A stretch of 64,000 nt of DNA from Lepidodermella squamata. Lineage: Eukaryota > Animalia > Gastrotricha. Under the pieces are notes generated by a model. It did no database searches. It saw nothing but the letters and a program-made list of their open reading frames with translations, and had not been told where the DNA came from. A program made the position numbers and the translations under genes. The stretch spans positions 2,914,001 through 2,978,000 of the forward strand of contig JBLDXI010000013.1 in the NCBI GenBank assembly GCA_047495785.1, given 5' to 3'. This document shows positions 14,566 to 27,600 of the stretch, piece after piece; position 1 is the first letter of the stretch; each line of letters begins with the position of its first letter.

Positions 14566-15603
14566 GAGAGACAGATTTTCAACTCCCCAAACCAAAGCCT
14601 AACATACGAACTGCCTCGAGTGGAATGCAGGATTATGCACACATCAAAAAAAGGAATGCTTATCGAAAACCGCCTAATTATGAACGCCTCTTATAGTGGC
14701 TCGCGCTTGTGATATTCAGATATATGCATAGAATAAATCGGCATTAGGATGTTTGCTTGAAACGGTTTCTTCTTATTTCGGCATGTTAACATGGATAAGC
14801 GTTAAAAATACGACAATTTTTGACAACCCAATCTATTCCAATCGATCGGAAAGATTCCGAAGATCCGAAATAGATTGTATTATCTTTTCCTGATCGGGAT
14901 TGGGTCAGGGCTGACGCCAAGGTATCATGTATTGTATATCGCTAGATTGGAAATTTTTCATAGAATTTGCATCGTCCTACTGGCATTGAGTTTTTCTAGG
15001 CGGCATGAGTGACTTAGCTGTTGCGTATTTGAACAAGGAATCAGGTTTCAACAATTAATTTGTCTGCCTGGTGGTACCTACGAATCAGTGTTATCGCGTT
15101 AGCGTGTTTGAGTGCTTTCGACGACGACAGTCGCATATGGTAAAAGTGTTCGAGCCACCCGAATCGACTTCAAAGCCCGGATTATGCGAAACGACACAAG
15201 TGGTCCGAACTCCACAAAAATCACTGTATACTTTAACCTCACCTGCTGCTATCAAATGACATACAACTTGCTAAAAACCTTATAGCTTTTTAAACGATAT
15301 TGCCTCCTTGCCTTAAGTTTAGAACTAGTTTTTGTTATTGTAATCCTGGTTGCTTTTATAATCAAACTAGAAAACATTAATTTTATGTACACGCGATGGT
15401 TCTATGCATGCGGCATTCATGCATTGATATTTGATATATAATGCGGTTTCATGCATTGATATAAAAAGCTGTCATACCTGGGCCGTTAAACCCACGCTAT
15501 ATCATAAAAAAAGTAGCCGTTCTCGCGACATCACCAAATTTGCTCTAGTATGTAATTATATTCCCTTGCCATTTTTTCAAGATCCAAACTATAGAAATTT
15601 ACA

Positions 15604-15828
15604 ATGCCTAACCCAACCGAAGCTGAAATCAAGGAAATGTTCGATTATTTCGACAAAGACAAGAATGGGAAGATAACCGAAGTCGAATTTCACCAGGCTC
15701 TTTGCAAGCTTACAGGAGAAGAGCTTCCGCCGCAACCTACTCTGTGGGCGTACTACAACAAAAACGGCGACGGCTCGATCGACCTGAAGGAGTTAACTGA
15801 ACGTATTCACGAGGCTCTCGCCCGATAA
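15604..15828 (+). CDS. Small 2-EF-hand calcium-binding protein, copy 3 (diverged)
   Basis: Loops DKDKNGKITEVE and NKNGDGSIDLKE (first ligand D changed to N). Shorter linker. Confidence 0.8.
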   Translation: MPNPTEAEIKEMFDYFDKDKNGKITEVEFHQALCKLTGEELPPQPTLWAYYNKNGDGSIDLKELTERIHEALAR

Positions 15829-16038
15829 TCGTCAACTTTAGAGCTCAATCTTCTAGTCGCCAAAGCCTAAGCTTCATGCTGCTTCCGAATGCAGAATGAT
15901 ATCAGAGCAAAATATGGGAAGTTAATCCAAACAAAACCCCATTTCGAATATTTCTTATGACTCATGTTATAGTGTTATAGTATGTAGTATGAATTTCGCA
16001 AGTGGTAATAATAAATAAAAAATGATAATTCTGAGTGT

Positions 16039-17757
16039 TCAAACTATGTAACTTCGCCACTTCAGGTCTGTAAGAGTGAAGTCATCTTCTTGCGATAGGC
16101 CGCATTTTGCATGACGATATTGGCCTCTCATACGGAACCATTTGTTCGATATCCATTTTGTTCCAGATAAAACAGGGCAGGCTGCATGCAACATTCGAAA
16201 ATCAATAGTTTCATTCTTGTGAAGGTTGAACCAGAACAAAGCTCGGCCTCGGGCTGGTGTCACCCGTAACTGAAGCTCAGGGAAAATCGTCTCACCACCT
16301 TTCTCAACATCATCAACATAGATTAATCTTCAAAAGTCGAAGTCATTATTTTAGAAAAAATACAGAAATGTCGAAATTGCTTACAATGTCCCCAAGCGAT
16401 CGCCGTCCTCCTTATCAGCTGCTTCAAACAACGCGTCATGATGCGGAACATAATGTCCTCCAGTTTGATACATTCCTACTTGATAAGATTCAGCTGAGTA
16501 CGGATCAAGCCCGACGATGGCTTCAATTCGATGATTAAGCGCTTGAAATTTGTCAGATGAGATCCAAGCAACTTTGACGTTCCGATTGTAGGTATCTGAT
16601 TCCTAATATATCGGAGAAAACCAGAAAAAAGCTAGTCGCATCGAAAGTTTCAGTTGCTTACCCCAGTTGAATTAGCACTGCTGATCACGGTTCCAATCGC
16701 AAGTCGATTCAAAGCTAGCTGTTGAATCCTGCGAGTTTCCGAAATCAATAACAAATCATGAAAAATGACTACTACAGGATTCAAGCTCAAGATCTCTTCC
16801 TTAACTGGTGACAATATGAGAAGAGGATCATTGCCTCGGCTGTTCAACCTGCAAAACAGTTTAGAACTTGGACGACGGGCTATTTGACAGAGATTGTATT
16901 GTGGCGATCTCGCCAACAAATCAGCCGCAGTTTTTTGTTCAATAGGATTTAGTTCTGGTTTCATGCTAAACGCTTGAAGTTCTTGGTCGTCGTAATAGCG
17001 CCTAAATTCAATGAAATAATTCCTCAAGTCCTCGGACATGGGCAGATTGTTGAGAGCGAAGTCACATAAGCTAGCTGCCTCGGACAAATTCCCGCTTTTC
17101 ATTGCAAAATACTGCAAGTGAAATGTCATCCAAGCTTTGTTTTCGACGTTTTCGCGTTCGATATTTTCCTTATAAAGCGCCAGGGCTTCGATCCATTTTT
17201 TCTCTTTGACCAAAGCAATAGATTGAAGTTTGAAGTTGAGCGAAAATGGCGAAGTAAAAACTGATAAAATTGGTGGACTGAGAGGAATTCCAACCAAGCG
17301 CATCGCATCGGTCATGTCTAAAAATTTCTACGAAATTTCTATGCTGCACGAGACTTAATACTTAAATTTTACGATTTGCTGATGAATGAATTATATGGTT
17401 GATAGATTGCTGCTGGCTCGCCACATCCAAGTACGAAAAATCGACCTTCTGAGATGCATCACCCAGCTGGTCTTGGGCATCTTGAATCCTCTGGACAATT
17501 TTATTGACTTCGTTTAGACTTGAAAATTTCTTGATAATATTTCGCTCAACTTCAGACAAGAAATTGAGCTCATTCGAAGCCAGATTCCGAAGATTTTTCA
17601 AGGCTTCAACAGCTGCCAGGTGGTGTTCGATCTGCGACGAGACATCTTGATTCAATTGCTGTAGACTCCGTATAATTCCTGATATAACACTGCTAGGTGA
17701 AGCTTGAACTAACACGCCTAATAAGGCTACCAAAATGACGCTGACCAATGTAAACAT
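16039..17757 (-). CDS. P4HA: Prolyl 4-hydroxylase alpha subunit-like 2OG-Fe(II) dioxygenase, 4 exons
   Basis: Signal peptide, diverged helical N-terminal region, LSPVKEEILSLNPVVVIFHD, YQTGGHYVPHHD (HxD, in an exon absent from the ORF track) and HAACPVLSGTKWISNKW (distal His and 2OG-binding Lys). Confidence 0.88.
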
Positions 17758-18247
17758 AATTGAAATAATAATGATGACTGAACCAACCGTATCATTGCAG
17801 TTGATTAATATTCATAAAAGTCAGGGCATGTGGAAACCTTTGTACATTTTTTATTTTCATTTATTTAGATTGCGTCGCAACTGCACACTCTATTGTTTTA
17901 CCGATTATTCGGCACAAAAAAATTCATCAACTGAAAAAATAACGAAATATCATTCCACTACACTCGAAAAAACCCGCTCATCGTGTTTGAAAATAAAATT
18001 CAACAAAAAAAAGAGGATTGACTCTTTCTACTAAAAACAGAGGTGATTGAATTGTTTCATTTACAAAATATTGCTCGATATTAATCAGTAATAGATATAG
18101 GAAAAGAAAAAAAACGAACTAGATCAAAAGTTTGGATGGGTAAAAACAGTTGTTTTGAAAGGCTTTTTTTACTGCGCACATCGCTCTAAAAAGATATAAG
18201 TATCTGAAAAAACTAAAATGGTTCAGTTGTTGTTCCCACATATCAAA

Positions 18248-21200
18248 TCAGTACAACAGTTGATTGTTGTTGCTAGAGTTATTTTCAGCCGTTGACGCAG
18301 ACATCGCCGAAACAGCAGCCGCCGTCAACGCCGCGTGTTTTGATTTCAAATGCTGGTCCAATTCGCCGAGTGTCGACATTTTAGCCTGGCACAGGAAGCA
18401 ACAAACCGGCGTTGCAGCCAACAGGCCGGACGTGGCCGCTGCCATGAGTTGGCTCGGGTCGAAAATCGACGCAACGCCCTGTAACGGTAGTAGACTACTC
18501 AGGAGTGAAGACGCCGCTGCTGCGTTTCCAGCCATTTTCGGCTCAAAACTAATGCCGCTACGATTTGCTAATAGGAGTAAGCTATTGCCGGCAGTTGCGT
18601 CTGACGGCGACGTTGAAGGCAGAGATTCGCCGCCGTTCATCGTATTTGTATTGCTGCTCATCTCGTCGCGAAGCACCATTTTATTGTGGCCCAACACGCC
18701 GCCACCACCTCCTCCTGAACTGTTGTTCGGCGAGGCATTCAACAGGTGCGTGTTTATGTGCACTTTCAGGTTGCCTTTTGTTGTGAAACGCTTATCACAT
18801 AGATCGCACGCAAACGGCTTGTCGCCCGTATGGGTTCGGCTGTGAATTTGCAACGCCGAAGCTGAGCTGTAAAAAAATTAAACATTCAATTTATGGCCGA
18901 AAAAATTCGTACGCGCTTTTATATATATTCGCATTTTGATTTCCGGTTAAGCAATATTTCAATAAATTAAGAATCAATTCTCATCTAGAAGGCTGAGATA
19001 GATTGGCCTTGTCGAATTTCCCAGTAAAATCAGAATTATTTCCCTATTTCCTATTTTCTTCAAGTTCGACCCAAGGTTACAGGGTCGGAAAGCTCTGGAA
19101 ACCTAAAAGGTTCCGAACCTTGTATCGACCTTTATGAAAATAGGGAATAGAGAAAGACATCCGATTTTACCAGAAAATGTGATAAGGCCAATTTATTCCT
19201 TCTAGATGAGAATCGATTCTTAGCTTGAAAATATTATGATCAAACATTTCGAATAGGACATTCGAACTTATTTTCAGCAACATTTTCCTATCCCTCTCGT
19301 GTCGATTTTTACTTGATTTTTGAACAGGAAACTTCGCTCAGTTCTATAACCTTTGGACTGATTAGTTCCTTTCCTTTTCACGTTATGCTTGAAGGCTCAA
19401 AAATGCGTCAAGCGTAAAATTTCGATTGCCACCTTGTAAGACAAATTTTAAATTTTCCAGGCATTATAGAAGCTAATTGCAATTGATGCAAAGCTTTTTT
19501 GACGAAAAAACCGCGTAAATGTTCATCAATTTATCCGTAATTTGTCATGCACTTGGGTTCATGGACATAAAGGTATATCATAACGGTATCGCGGTCAAAA
19601 ATAATGAACGAAGAACGAGAACCACGTAATTTTCCCAACCAAACGAAAAGACATTTTTAGGTATATCAGGGCTGCTAAAATAATTCAACATGGCAGTCCT
19701 AAATATCCATGTACAAGAAAAGTTAATTTGAAACTCCGACTCGTCTGGGGTTGTTTTTCTAACCTTGAGCGTGATGCTCTAATATCTAATAGTCTTATCC
19801 AGAAAAGTCCGTGATGAGCAATGGTCAGACATTTTGTCCATGCAGGCGTAGACTGAATTGAACTACTTCAAGGGGGACATTGATTGTCTCGGGGTACCTC
19901 GCAGATTAAATTAGCAGCTGTGACAAAAAAGAGTAAGTAGGTCATATTGCAAAACTTATTGAGCCTAAAATAGATGAAATAGAAGGGTGGGGGCATCGCA
20001 GACCTCTCACGATAAGCATGACCTATCAAAGTCATTCAAGGAACAGAGAGCTGAAGGCTGACGATTTTAATTAGAATGTTTTTGACTTGATTTCAACGCC
20101 TAATCGCAAAAGTGAGACAATTATACAAAAATAGAATAGACATCGCAGCCACAAGTTTACGAAGTTGATAGATCAGAGTTATCCCTAGGAAAGAAATTGG
20201 AAATTGAGGACCGGTGACAAATAGAGGCTGAAAAGGCTAAAATCGGCCTAAGATTTGAAAACAGGAGTATTATATAGGAGAGCGGCATCCATAGGCTGGT
20301 CATGATCAAATCTTCACGAGTAATAGATTTCTACAAGATTCAGGGTTAAAATAATTTCTCCCCTAAAAATGAGGTTCCAGCACTAAATAGTCCTGGCACT
20401 AAATTTTTCAGATATTAGCTACCTATTTCGGCGAGTTCGGTTTTTGATCGATACTGATGCCTCCCTGATCCTAGGATTTTTTATTTTATTTCGATATACC
20501 AAGAAGATATAGGATAGGGGTAGTTTTTATGCTCAAGCCGAACATGGAAACCGAAAGAGACGAGTGTCATTTTTTACCCGGTTTTTACCCGGTTTACCCG
20601 GTACCGCCGTCCCTGGAATTCAAACGAATACCACGGTAGGATTCCACGCCCCCGATAACATCTATTGGTATGCCTGAATTTTACTTGTTTCACTAATGCC
20701 TAAAACAAAGTCGTGTGTTGCAAAATATCAAATTTTGTGTTGCATTTTGGTTTATTTCTGATACGCTGTCGTGGTGGGCCGAGAGAATAAGTAATAAAAA
20801 AGGTCGAAAACTGCTGCAAAGTTTTCCAATAAAAAATTAAAGTGCTAATTTCGGAAAAATTCACACCTAAACTCCGAAATTTTATTGCATCATTTAATAA
20901 TCCGCGTCATATTTTCTCAGTTGAAACTTCTTTGGGTTTATCTGAGTTTATAATAGGTTCAGAACATGGGAAAATTCAACATTCGTTCAAGCCAAAGAAT
21001 AATTGTCTGCAATTTCCTGGAAAATTCGCCAAACCCCACTTTTCACTTGTTAACGGTTATATAGAAAAATTTAAAATAAATTGAATGTTCATGCCCTCGG
21101 ACAAACAGCCGAAGGTCGTTCGTAATATAAAAAAAGTTAACAAACTAATTAAAAAATCCTGCCTACCTGAATGATTTGTCGCAAACACTGCAGCTATTAG

Positions 21201-24200
21201 CGCTCGAAGTGCGCGTTGAGGTCGAGGGTGAAGGAATCAAGGCCGCCGATGGCTTCACCGGCATCGACCCACTCGCCGCCATTTGCTGCTGCTGCCTCGC
21301 CTGTTGAATCTGACTCGTCAACGCCTCAACAGACAACCCAAGCGCCGAGCCGCGAACAGACCGGCACCGCCGCCGCGCCAGGGCGATATTCGCCGCCGAT
21401 CCGTCGCCGGAAGACGTCGCTACAACATCGGCATGCGTCAGCAGATGCTGCTTCAAGTTGCCCTTGGTTGAAAAATGGCGCGAGCAAATGTGACACTCGA
21501 ACGGGCGTTCTTTCGTATGACTCCGCAGATGAATCTCCAAAGCACTACGGCACGACAGCAACTTCGAGCAATACGGGCAAACTGTTTGCTTCTTCCCACC
21601 AACAATTTGTTGGGGTATTTCAATCTCTTTCTTTGGCTGCTGGTCATCTGGCAACACGAAACGGGTTGGGGGTTCAATAGGCTTTGGCGGCGTTATTTCA
21701 GCCGCCATTTCACGGTCTAATTTATGTTGGCGCATGTGCTGCTGGAAGACTAAACTGTTAGCGAAGCTTTTCGAGCAAATATCGCAGTGTTTCAGGGCAT
21801 TAGCCGCCGCGTCCGGCCCGTTCGCTGACGACGACGAAGCCGCGTGGGTGAACATGTGGCTGCGGAGGTTGCCTTTCGTTGTGAAGGCGCGGTGGCATTG
21901 GTGGCAGCGGTACGGCCGATCGCCTGAATGCACGCGTTGGTGCATGAGCAGGGCGGATCGGCAGCTGAGCACTCGCCGGCAGATTTTGCATTCGGTCGGC
22001 TGGCGGGAGGGAGGGGCTTGCTGGTTCGATGAACTGCTCAGCAGGCCCAAATCGTCGCGATCGTCTTCGATATCGATCAGCTGGTCCTCGTCATCTGGGG
22101 CTGTGAGTGGTTCGGATTTGGTGGTCATCGATAGATCGTTCGAGTGAATCTCGGCACCGTTAAGGCTGTCTCGAATTCGATGGCGAAGAATGTGAACCTG
22201 GAAGCAATAATCGATTACAAATTTGATCATCACTCATTATCTTATACTATTTTCAAGGTCTGTGGTTCGATTTATATACAAACTCAAAACTATAGACACA
22301 ATCTATCCCGTTGTGTCATTTGGGCTCCAAAATAACTCGCCTCTCAATTAGCTTATACCTAAATAGTTACAGTTAAGAGTGAGCTCAAGATTCTGTGCTT
22401 TTCAACCACAATTTATTTAATCGAATTACATTTTGAATTATTTGTTTTGAACAAGATCAGCTCTAAAATCTAGGTAGAGCTACGCAGATTCTGTGAAATA
22501 TGAGTGTAAATTAAGTTTCCGAGCTTATCAAGCGGGGAAAACTCGAAATGTAACGCATTTAGAACAGGATGGGGGTTGAATGAAACAACATCTGCAGTTG
22601 CGAAAAACTTCATGCTCCGCCGTGAATTTTGGGGTAAAACTAGTTCATAATGTACAAAAATGTCCGGTTCCTTGACCGTTTTCGGAAAAATCTTGGTTGC
22701 ACCGTGCAATTTTTGTATATTCTCGAAGTATTTCAAGATTTGAAATTTTGATGCAGTTTTACGTCATGATCATTTCGATTTGCGTTAAGACCGGACTTTC
22801 TGTGCATGTTCTTCGGTGTACGGGAGTATGTAAATTTTCCTGATGCAACTTTGATAAATATTTTGCTAATGACTAAAGAATCACCGGCGAAAGACCGGAC
22901 TTTCGTGCAGGGTATATCTCATTTCAAGGCGACGGTCTGAGAGGGGACATTTATTTTCTGTCTGCTTTTCGGCAAGTGAATGATTCTTACTTGGGATATT
23001 GACTGAAAAGCTGGAAATATAAGATCAAATTTAACCTGGAACTAGGTATAAGATCAAACTGAGCGGCCATCTCTGTCCCATAACTGCAATTTGATCAACT
23101 TTGAAGAGCCCATTTCCGGGCTCTATTTATTCACGTCTAGACACTACGTTTCGTTCTACATTGGATGCATAAAAATCATTTGAACAACTAGATCCCTCCT
23201 ACATCATAATGAATTGGGAAGAATAGAGTCTGCGACGGTCACTTTACACGCCAATTGCCCTCTTCAACTGTAATATTAATTAACACGTACTTTTTCGGAA
23301 AAGACAAAATGGCCATATTTTAATGATCACAAAATTTTAGTGGAAAATTTCCTAAAAAATTGCAGAATATGATAAATTGCTGCCATTCACTCATTTTGGG
23401 GAATTTTTCCGTGGTTGATGAGGATACTGAAAACTCTATAATTGCCAAGGTTTACTGGTTGAAGGAAGCTGCGATTAAGCATCGCAAAATGACGATGCAG
23501 TGAAAGAAAGTAGCGAAAAATTCACATTTTCAAAAACAAAAACTTTCAATATTATTCGAATGCATTTTAGTGGCCAATTTTCCGAGGGTATGGTCAGCAG
23601 TTTTGATCAATTTAATTCCTGTCAGACGTTCCCACGATTTTCCGATTACGCATGCGGAAAACACGTGAGAAATCGCCTCTATTTTGATGAAAGTCCGAAA
23701 ATTTCACGTGATTCCAGAGCAGTTCCAACATTTTCGAACTTTTCCGACCGGAAAAAGTTACATTCTCAAGTTTGTTTTCTCACCATATTTCTAAGAATTT
23801 GGACTTATGAAGTAAATATGTTAAATTTCTTACCTTCAAATTGCCTTTCGTCGAAAAGCGAGACGTGCAAATTGAGCATTGAAAAGGCCGCTCGCCAGTG
23901 TGTGATCGCAAATGAATTTGCAGGGCGCTAGTCGAGCCGAAAACTTTGTGGCAAATACGGCACCTATGCCTCCAGTACTGCTCGTCGCCATTCGCCGGCG
24001 TTTCCATCTTCTCATCATTCGGGCTCGTCGCATTCAACGCCGCCGCGCTGGGTGAACACGACGAAAGCGAAGGCTCAGCGGCATCGAGGCTAGCCGCTAA
24101 ATTTTGCAGGGTAGTCGCACTCGCTAAGGTCTGCTGCAGGGCCAGGCAATCCTGAAGCAACTTAGCCGTCATTTTGTGGTCCTCTGGGTTGATAACATTG

Positions 24201-24610
24201 GCGGTTAGCTTCAAATCCACGCTGGAACTAGTCCGGGCCATAATCAAACTCTGCGCAGCTTCGAATTGGTTGACATACGGCTGTAAAGCTGGAAGTTGGG
24301 ACAGTTGGTGGTACAAACTTTGAATCAGCCGTAGCTGGACTAACAACTGCTGTTGGATAGAAAACAGCGTCGAATGAAGCAGGGCTAGGTCGATAACTTG
24401 GGGCGATGAGTTTTGGCGCAGGTCGGTTGCGATAGCCTGCGGGGACGACGGGGGCATAGACATTTCAACGGTGATAGCTTCGTCGCCGTCGATAGAGCTT
24501 GGCGCCGTCGATGAGGCGTTATTTGCTAAGCCAAGCGAGGCCGAGCTGCTGGCGGCGTCATCGCCTACGTGGCGTGGTTTCGACTGCTTGCGCCGATTTG
24601 AAGATGACAT
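18248..24610 (-). CDS. sall: Spalt/SALL C2H2 zinc-finger transcription factor; exons 24610-23834, 22197-21167, 18866-18248
   Basis: N-terminal RRKQSKPRH (NuRD-binding-type motif), Q-rich helix, four zinc-finger clusters each with a SAL box F(S/T)TKGNL(K/R), plus a terminal C2H2. Phase-consistent GT-AG introns. Confidence 0.93.
18969..19221. mobile_element. Degenerate inverted-repeat (MITE-like) element in a spalt intron
   Basis: aagaatcaattctcatctagaagg...ctattttc is mirrored by gaaaatag...ccttctagatgagaatcgattctt, with mismatches. Confidence 0.55.
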
Positions 24611-27600
24611 AATGGAATTTTTTGTGACACACACCCAAAATGTCCAATGACTTAAATCAATCAGATTTCATTAAGATTTACACTGCCTAAAAATAACAAA
24701 GGAATAACGACGGGGTATGTAGCTAATTAAGATTGCGGCCTCAAGGTAAAAAATAGCTTCTAACAGCGTTGCATAGTTTTTTTGAAAATTGAAACCTGAC
24801 CGCGCGCTTCGGCAAAACTTCAGTGCGAATGCGACAATACCTGGGAAAAACAACAATCCGTGCAAGTTGACCACGTGGATATATTTTTGCAAAAAAAATG
24901 TTCAGCGTGCCGGCTAATTTATGGCGGATGACGATGAGCAAGGTCTATTTTCGGCCTCTATGATCAATCAGGTTAGATAATATAGGAAGCGTCGAGAGTA
25001 AGGAAACAGGTCAACCCTTGAGATTGTTGACCACTAATGTTCAGATCTTCAATTACAGCGCAGGTATAAATAATTACGCACATGACGTGCTGTTCATCGT
25101 GAGCGAAGACATCATGACGCTGCGAAGTTGAAAAGGCCCTGGACATTTTCCCCAATAAGAGCGCGATTTAAATTTAGCTTTTTGTAGCAATACGGGGCGG
25201 ATATCGGTTAGGAATTAGTTTAAAACCCCATTCTGCTGACGTTGTGTCCATGGAAGCAGAGCAGACAAAACATTCATCAACTTTGGTCAAATTCTACAGT
25301 AAGACAAGTCGAGTTATTTTTGTTACATAGGTAATCGAATAAATTTTTCTTCAAGCTTCCCTAAATCATCTTCCTGCTATATAGAAAACCACGGAACGCA
25401 TGAAAAAATTCGGCTCAAATACGGTAAATTTTCAACTTAAAAAACTTGAGTGCAACATTCCGTCAATAATTTCGCAATCACAATTGTTTAGGCTTCGAAT
25501 GAATAATAGCAGAGCTTCAAATAATAACGCGCAGTAATAAAGGGAAATAGAATATTTCTGGGATTCTTGGACTACGCTGTTTGAGGTGCTGAGTGTTGAC
25601 GGTTAAAACTTGAAATTATGAGGAGTAAAAAGCGGCGACGGTCAGTATAGTTGATTCTAGCTTTAAACTATGAAATTAACCGGGGGACAAAGAAGTCGGG
25701 CAACATTTTTAGGCCACGACTTCGGGGCATCAAAAATACTTGTTCACGCATCGGATGATTTTTTCCAGCGCCCTATTTAGGCTGAAATTCCCAGAGTTTC
25801 ATAAAATGTCTGTTAAAAAAAAACTCAAATTTCCTACCTATTTATAGAGCAAGGTCACATTTCTCCGCATGTGTGTTATGGTACTTTTTGTCCAAATTTT
25901 GCATATTTTGTACGTCCTTTGCGAGGGGCGAAAAACCGGCGGATCTATCAATTTAGGTTGATGCTAAAATTAGCCGATTCAAAATGATCAAAAAAGTTTG
26001 CAAGAATTATGCAATTAAATTTGATATTTTACGCGCGTCAACCCGCGCACTCACCCTAGATGCAACACATCCGACAGAACGTCGTGAAAAAGATATGTCG
26101 GCTAAAAAAGTGCGAAGACTAACGGAGGTCCGTGAAGTGATTGATCGCTGTAATTTTGAAAATGACATAGTCTTTGCTACTATGAAAGTAAACATCCATT
26201 CTCGGAAAAGGACAACAGACACTGGGTGAAATTTGATAATAATGTATTTCCCCATTACGATTTTAATACGAATAAGTTCAAAATATAACTTTTTCCGCCC
26301 TGTCCAAAAACGCGCGCGATAGCTGCAGCGGCTGTTTTCCATCGTCCAACAAATGTGCGCGATTTTAGAGAGGGATGCATAAATTTTGAGCATCCGAGTT
26401 TTCTGTACTGTTGCGATTTCAAAATTAGATACAAACAACGCGCAGCCTAGTCAGACACGCGGCTCGGAAATAATATAGCAGATATGTAAAATATACCTCT
26501 ACGGCATCATCATCATCATGAAAAAGCTGTTCAAAACGATACACCCCCCTCGCGAGGAATAAATGATAATTTAAAATATTTTTTGCCTCTACACATACCT
26601 GGTGGACTCCACCTGATGAAGCTATGAAACGAGAGCCTGCTCGGAAGCCGCTAGCTCCAAAGCGTGATATCCAATTTTGTGATAATTAAATGATGAAGAG
26701 AATAAAATGCGGTTGCCAAACGAAACTGAATACGCAATGCGAAATTTGAGAAGGCTCATAAAAACAGTCGAAATTTCAAAATTTGGTGGTGAAGGTATTA
26801 GAGCTAATAGAGGTTGTAATGTGAAGAAATCTAAGTTGAGGTCATAACGGCTAATGCCGACCTATAAATTTATTGCGCACACTGGTAAATAAATTTATTG
26901 CCATACCTACAAGCGCAATTTCGCCCTAATAATAATAATGAAGACCGATAATCATCAATTTCTCAGCTATAATAACAAATACCGATATTTGAAAGCGGCT
27001 AAAATGTTTTCAAGACTTAAGCAAGCCGGGTATATTAGGTATATTATCAGCGTACAACAACAATCGCAATAATTGCAAGAAAAATATTTCATTCGCCTTC
27101 AACAATAGCACAGTTTCTTTCTATATTACCTGGGCGATATTTATTTATGTAATAATCGCCTCACTTTATACAATTTGCAATTTGCCGCAATGATTATAAT
27201 AATATTGTTATTAGCTAAATATACTGAATATAAAAGGTGCTTTTTAACCTTTTAAAAGCGTATTAATGCGCGCTTATGTTTGTGTTTTATGCCGCCATTA
27301 TTACCTCTAAGCGCGTAAAGTAGGCGCGTTAAAATATTTGCGTCCGAGAGATATAGATCCATAACATCGGCGAAAATTTTGCCGCGTATAATTCCGATTT
27401 CATAAAAATGTAATAATCTCGATCATATTATTATTATACACAGAAATTAGCGAGTGTGTGTTTATCATTCTCGCTGCTGCTGCTTTGCTGCCCTTTTTCA
27501 ATATTTTTTATAAATATGCGCAGTGCTTTGGCAGTATAGATATGTGTGCGCGCGCCCATTATCCGTTACATTTTTGATAAAATAACAATAAAAATGTAAT

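Noticed and set aside
19440-20400. Possible decayed transposase in a spalt intron
   Set aside because: Only a hint of composition change. No ORF or convincing catalytic motif.
18264-22147. Long antisense ORFs over spalt (and similar ones over CAS, TRPC and the receptor array)
   Set aside because: Shadow ORFs of GC-richer coding exons with no independent motifs.
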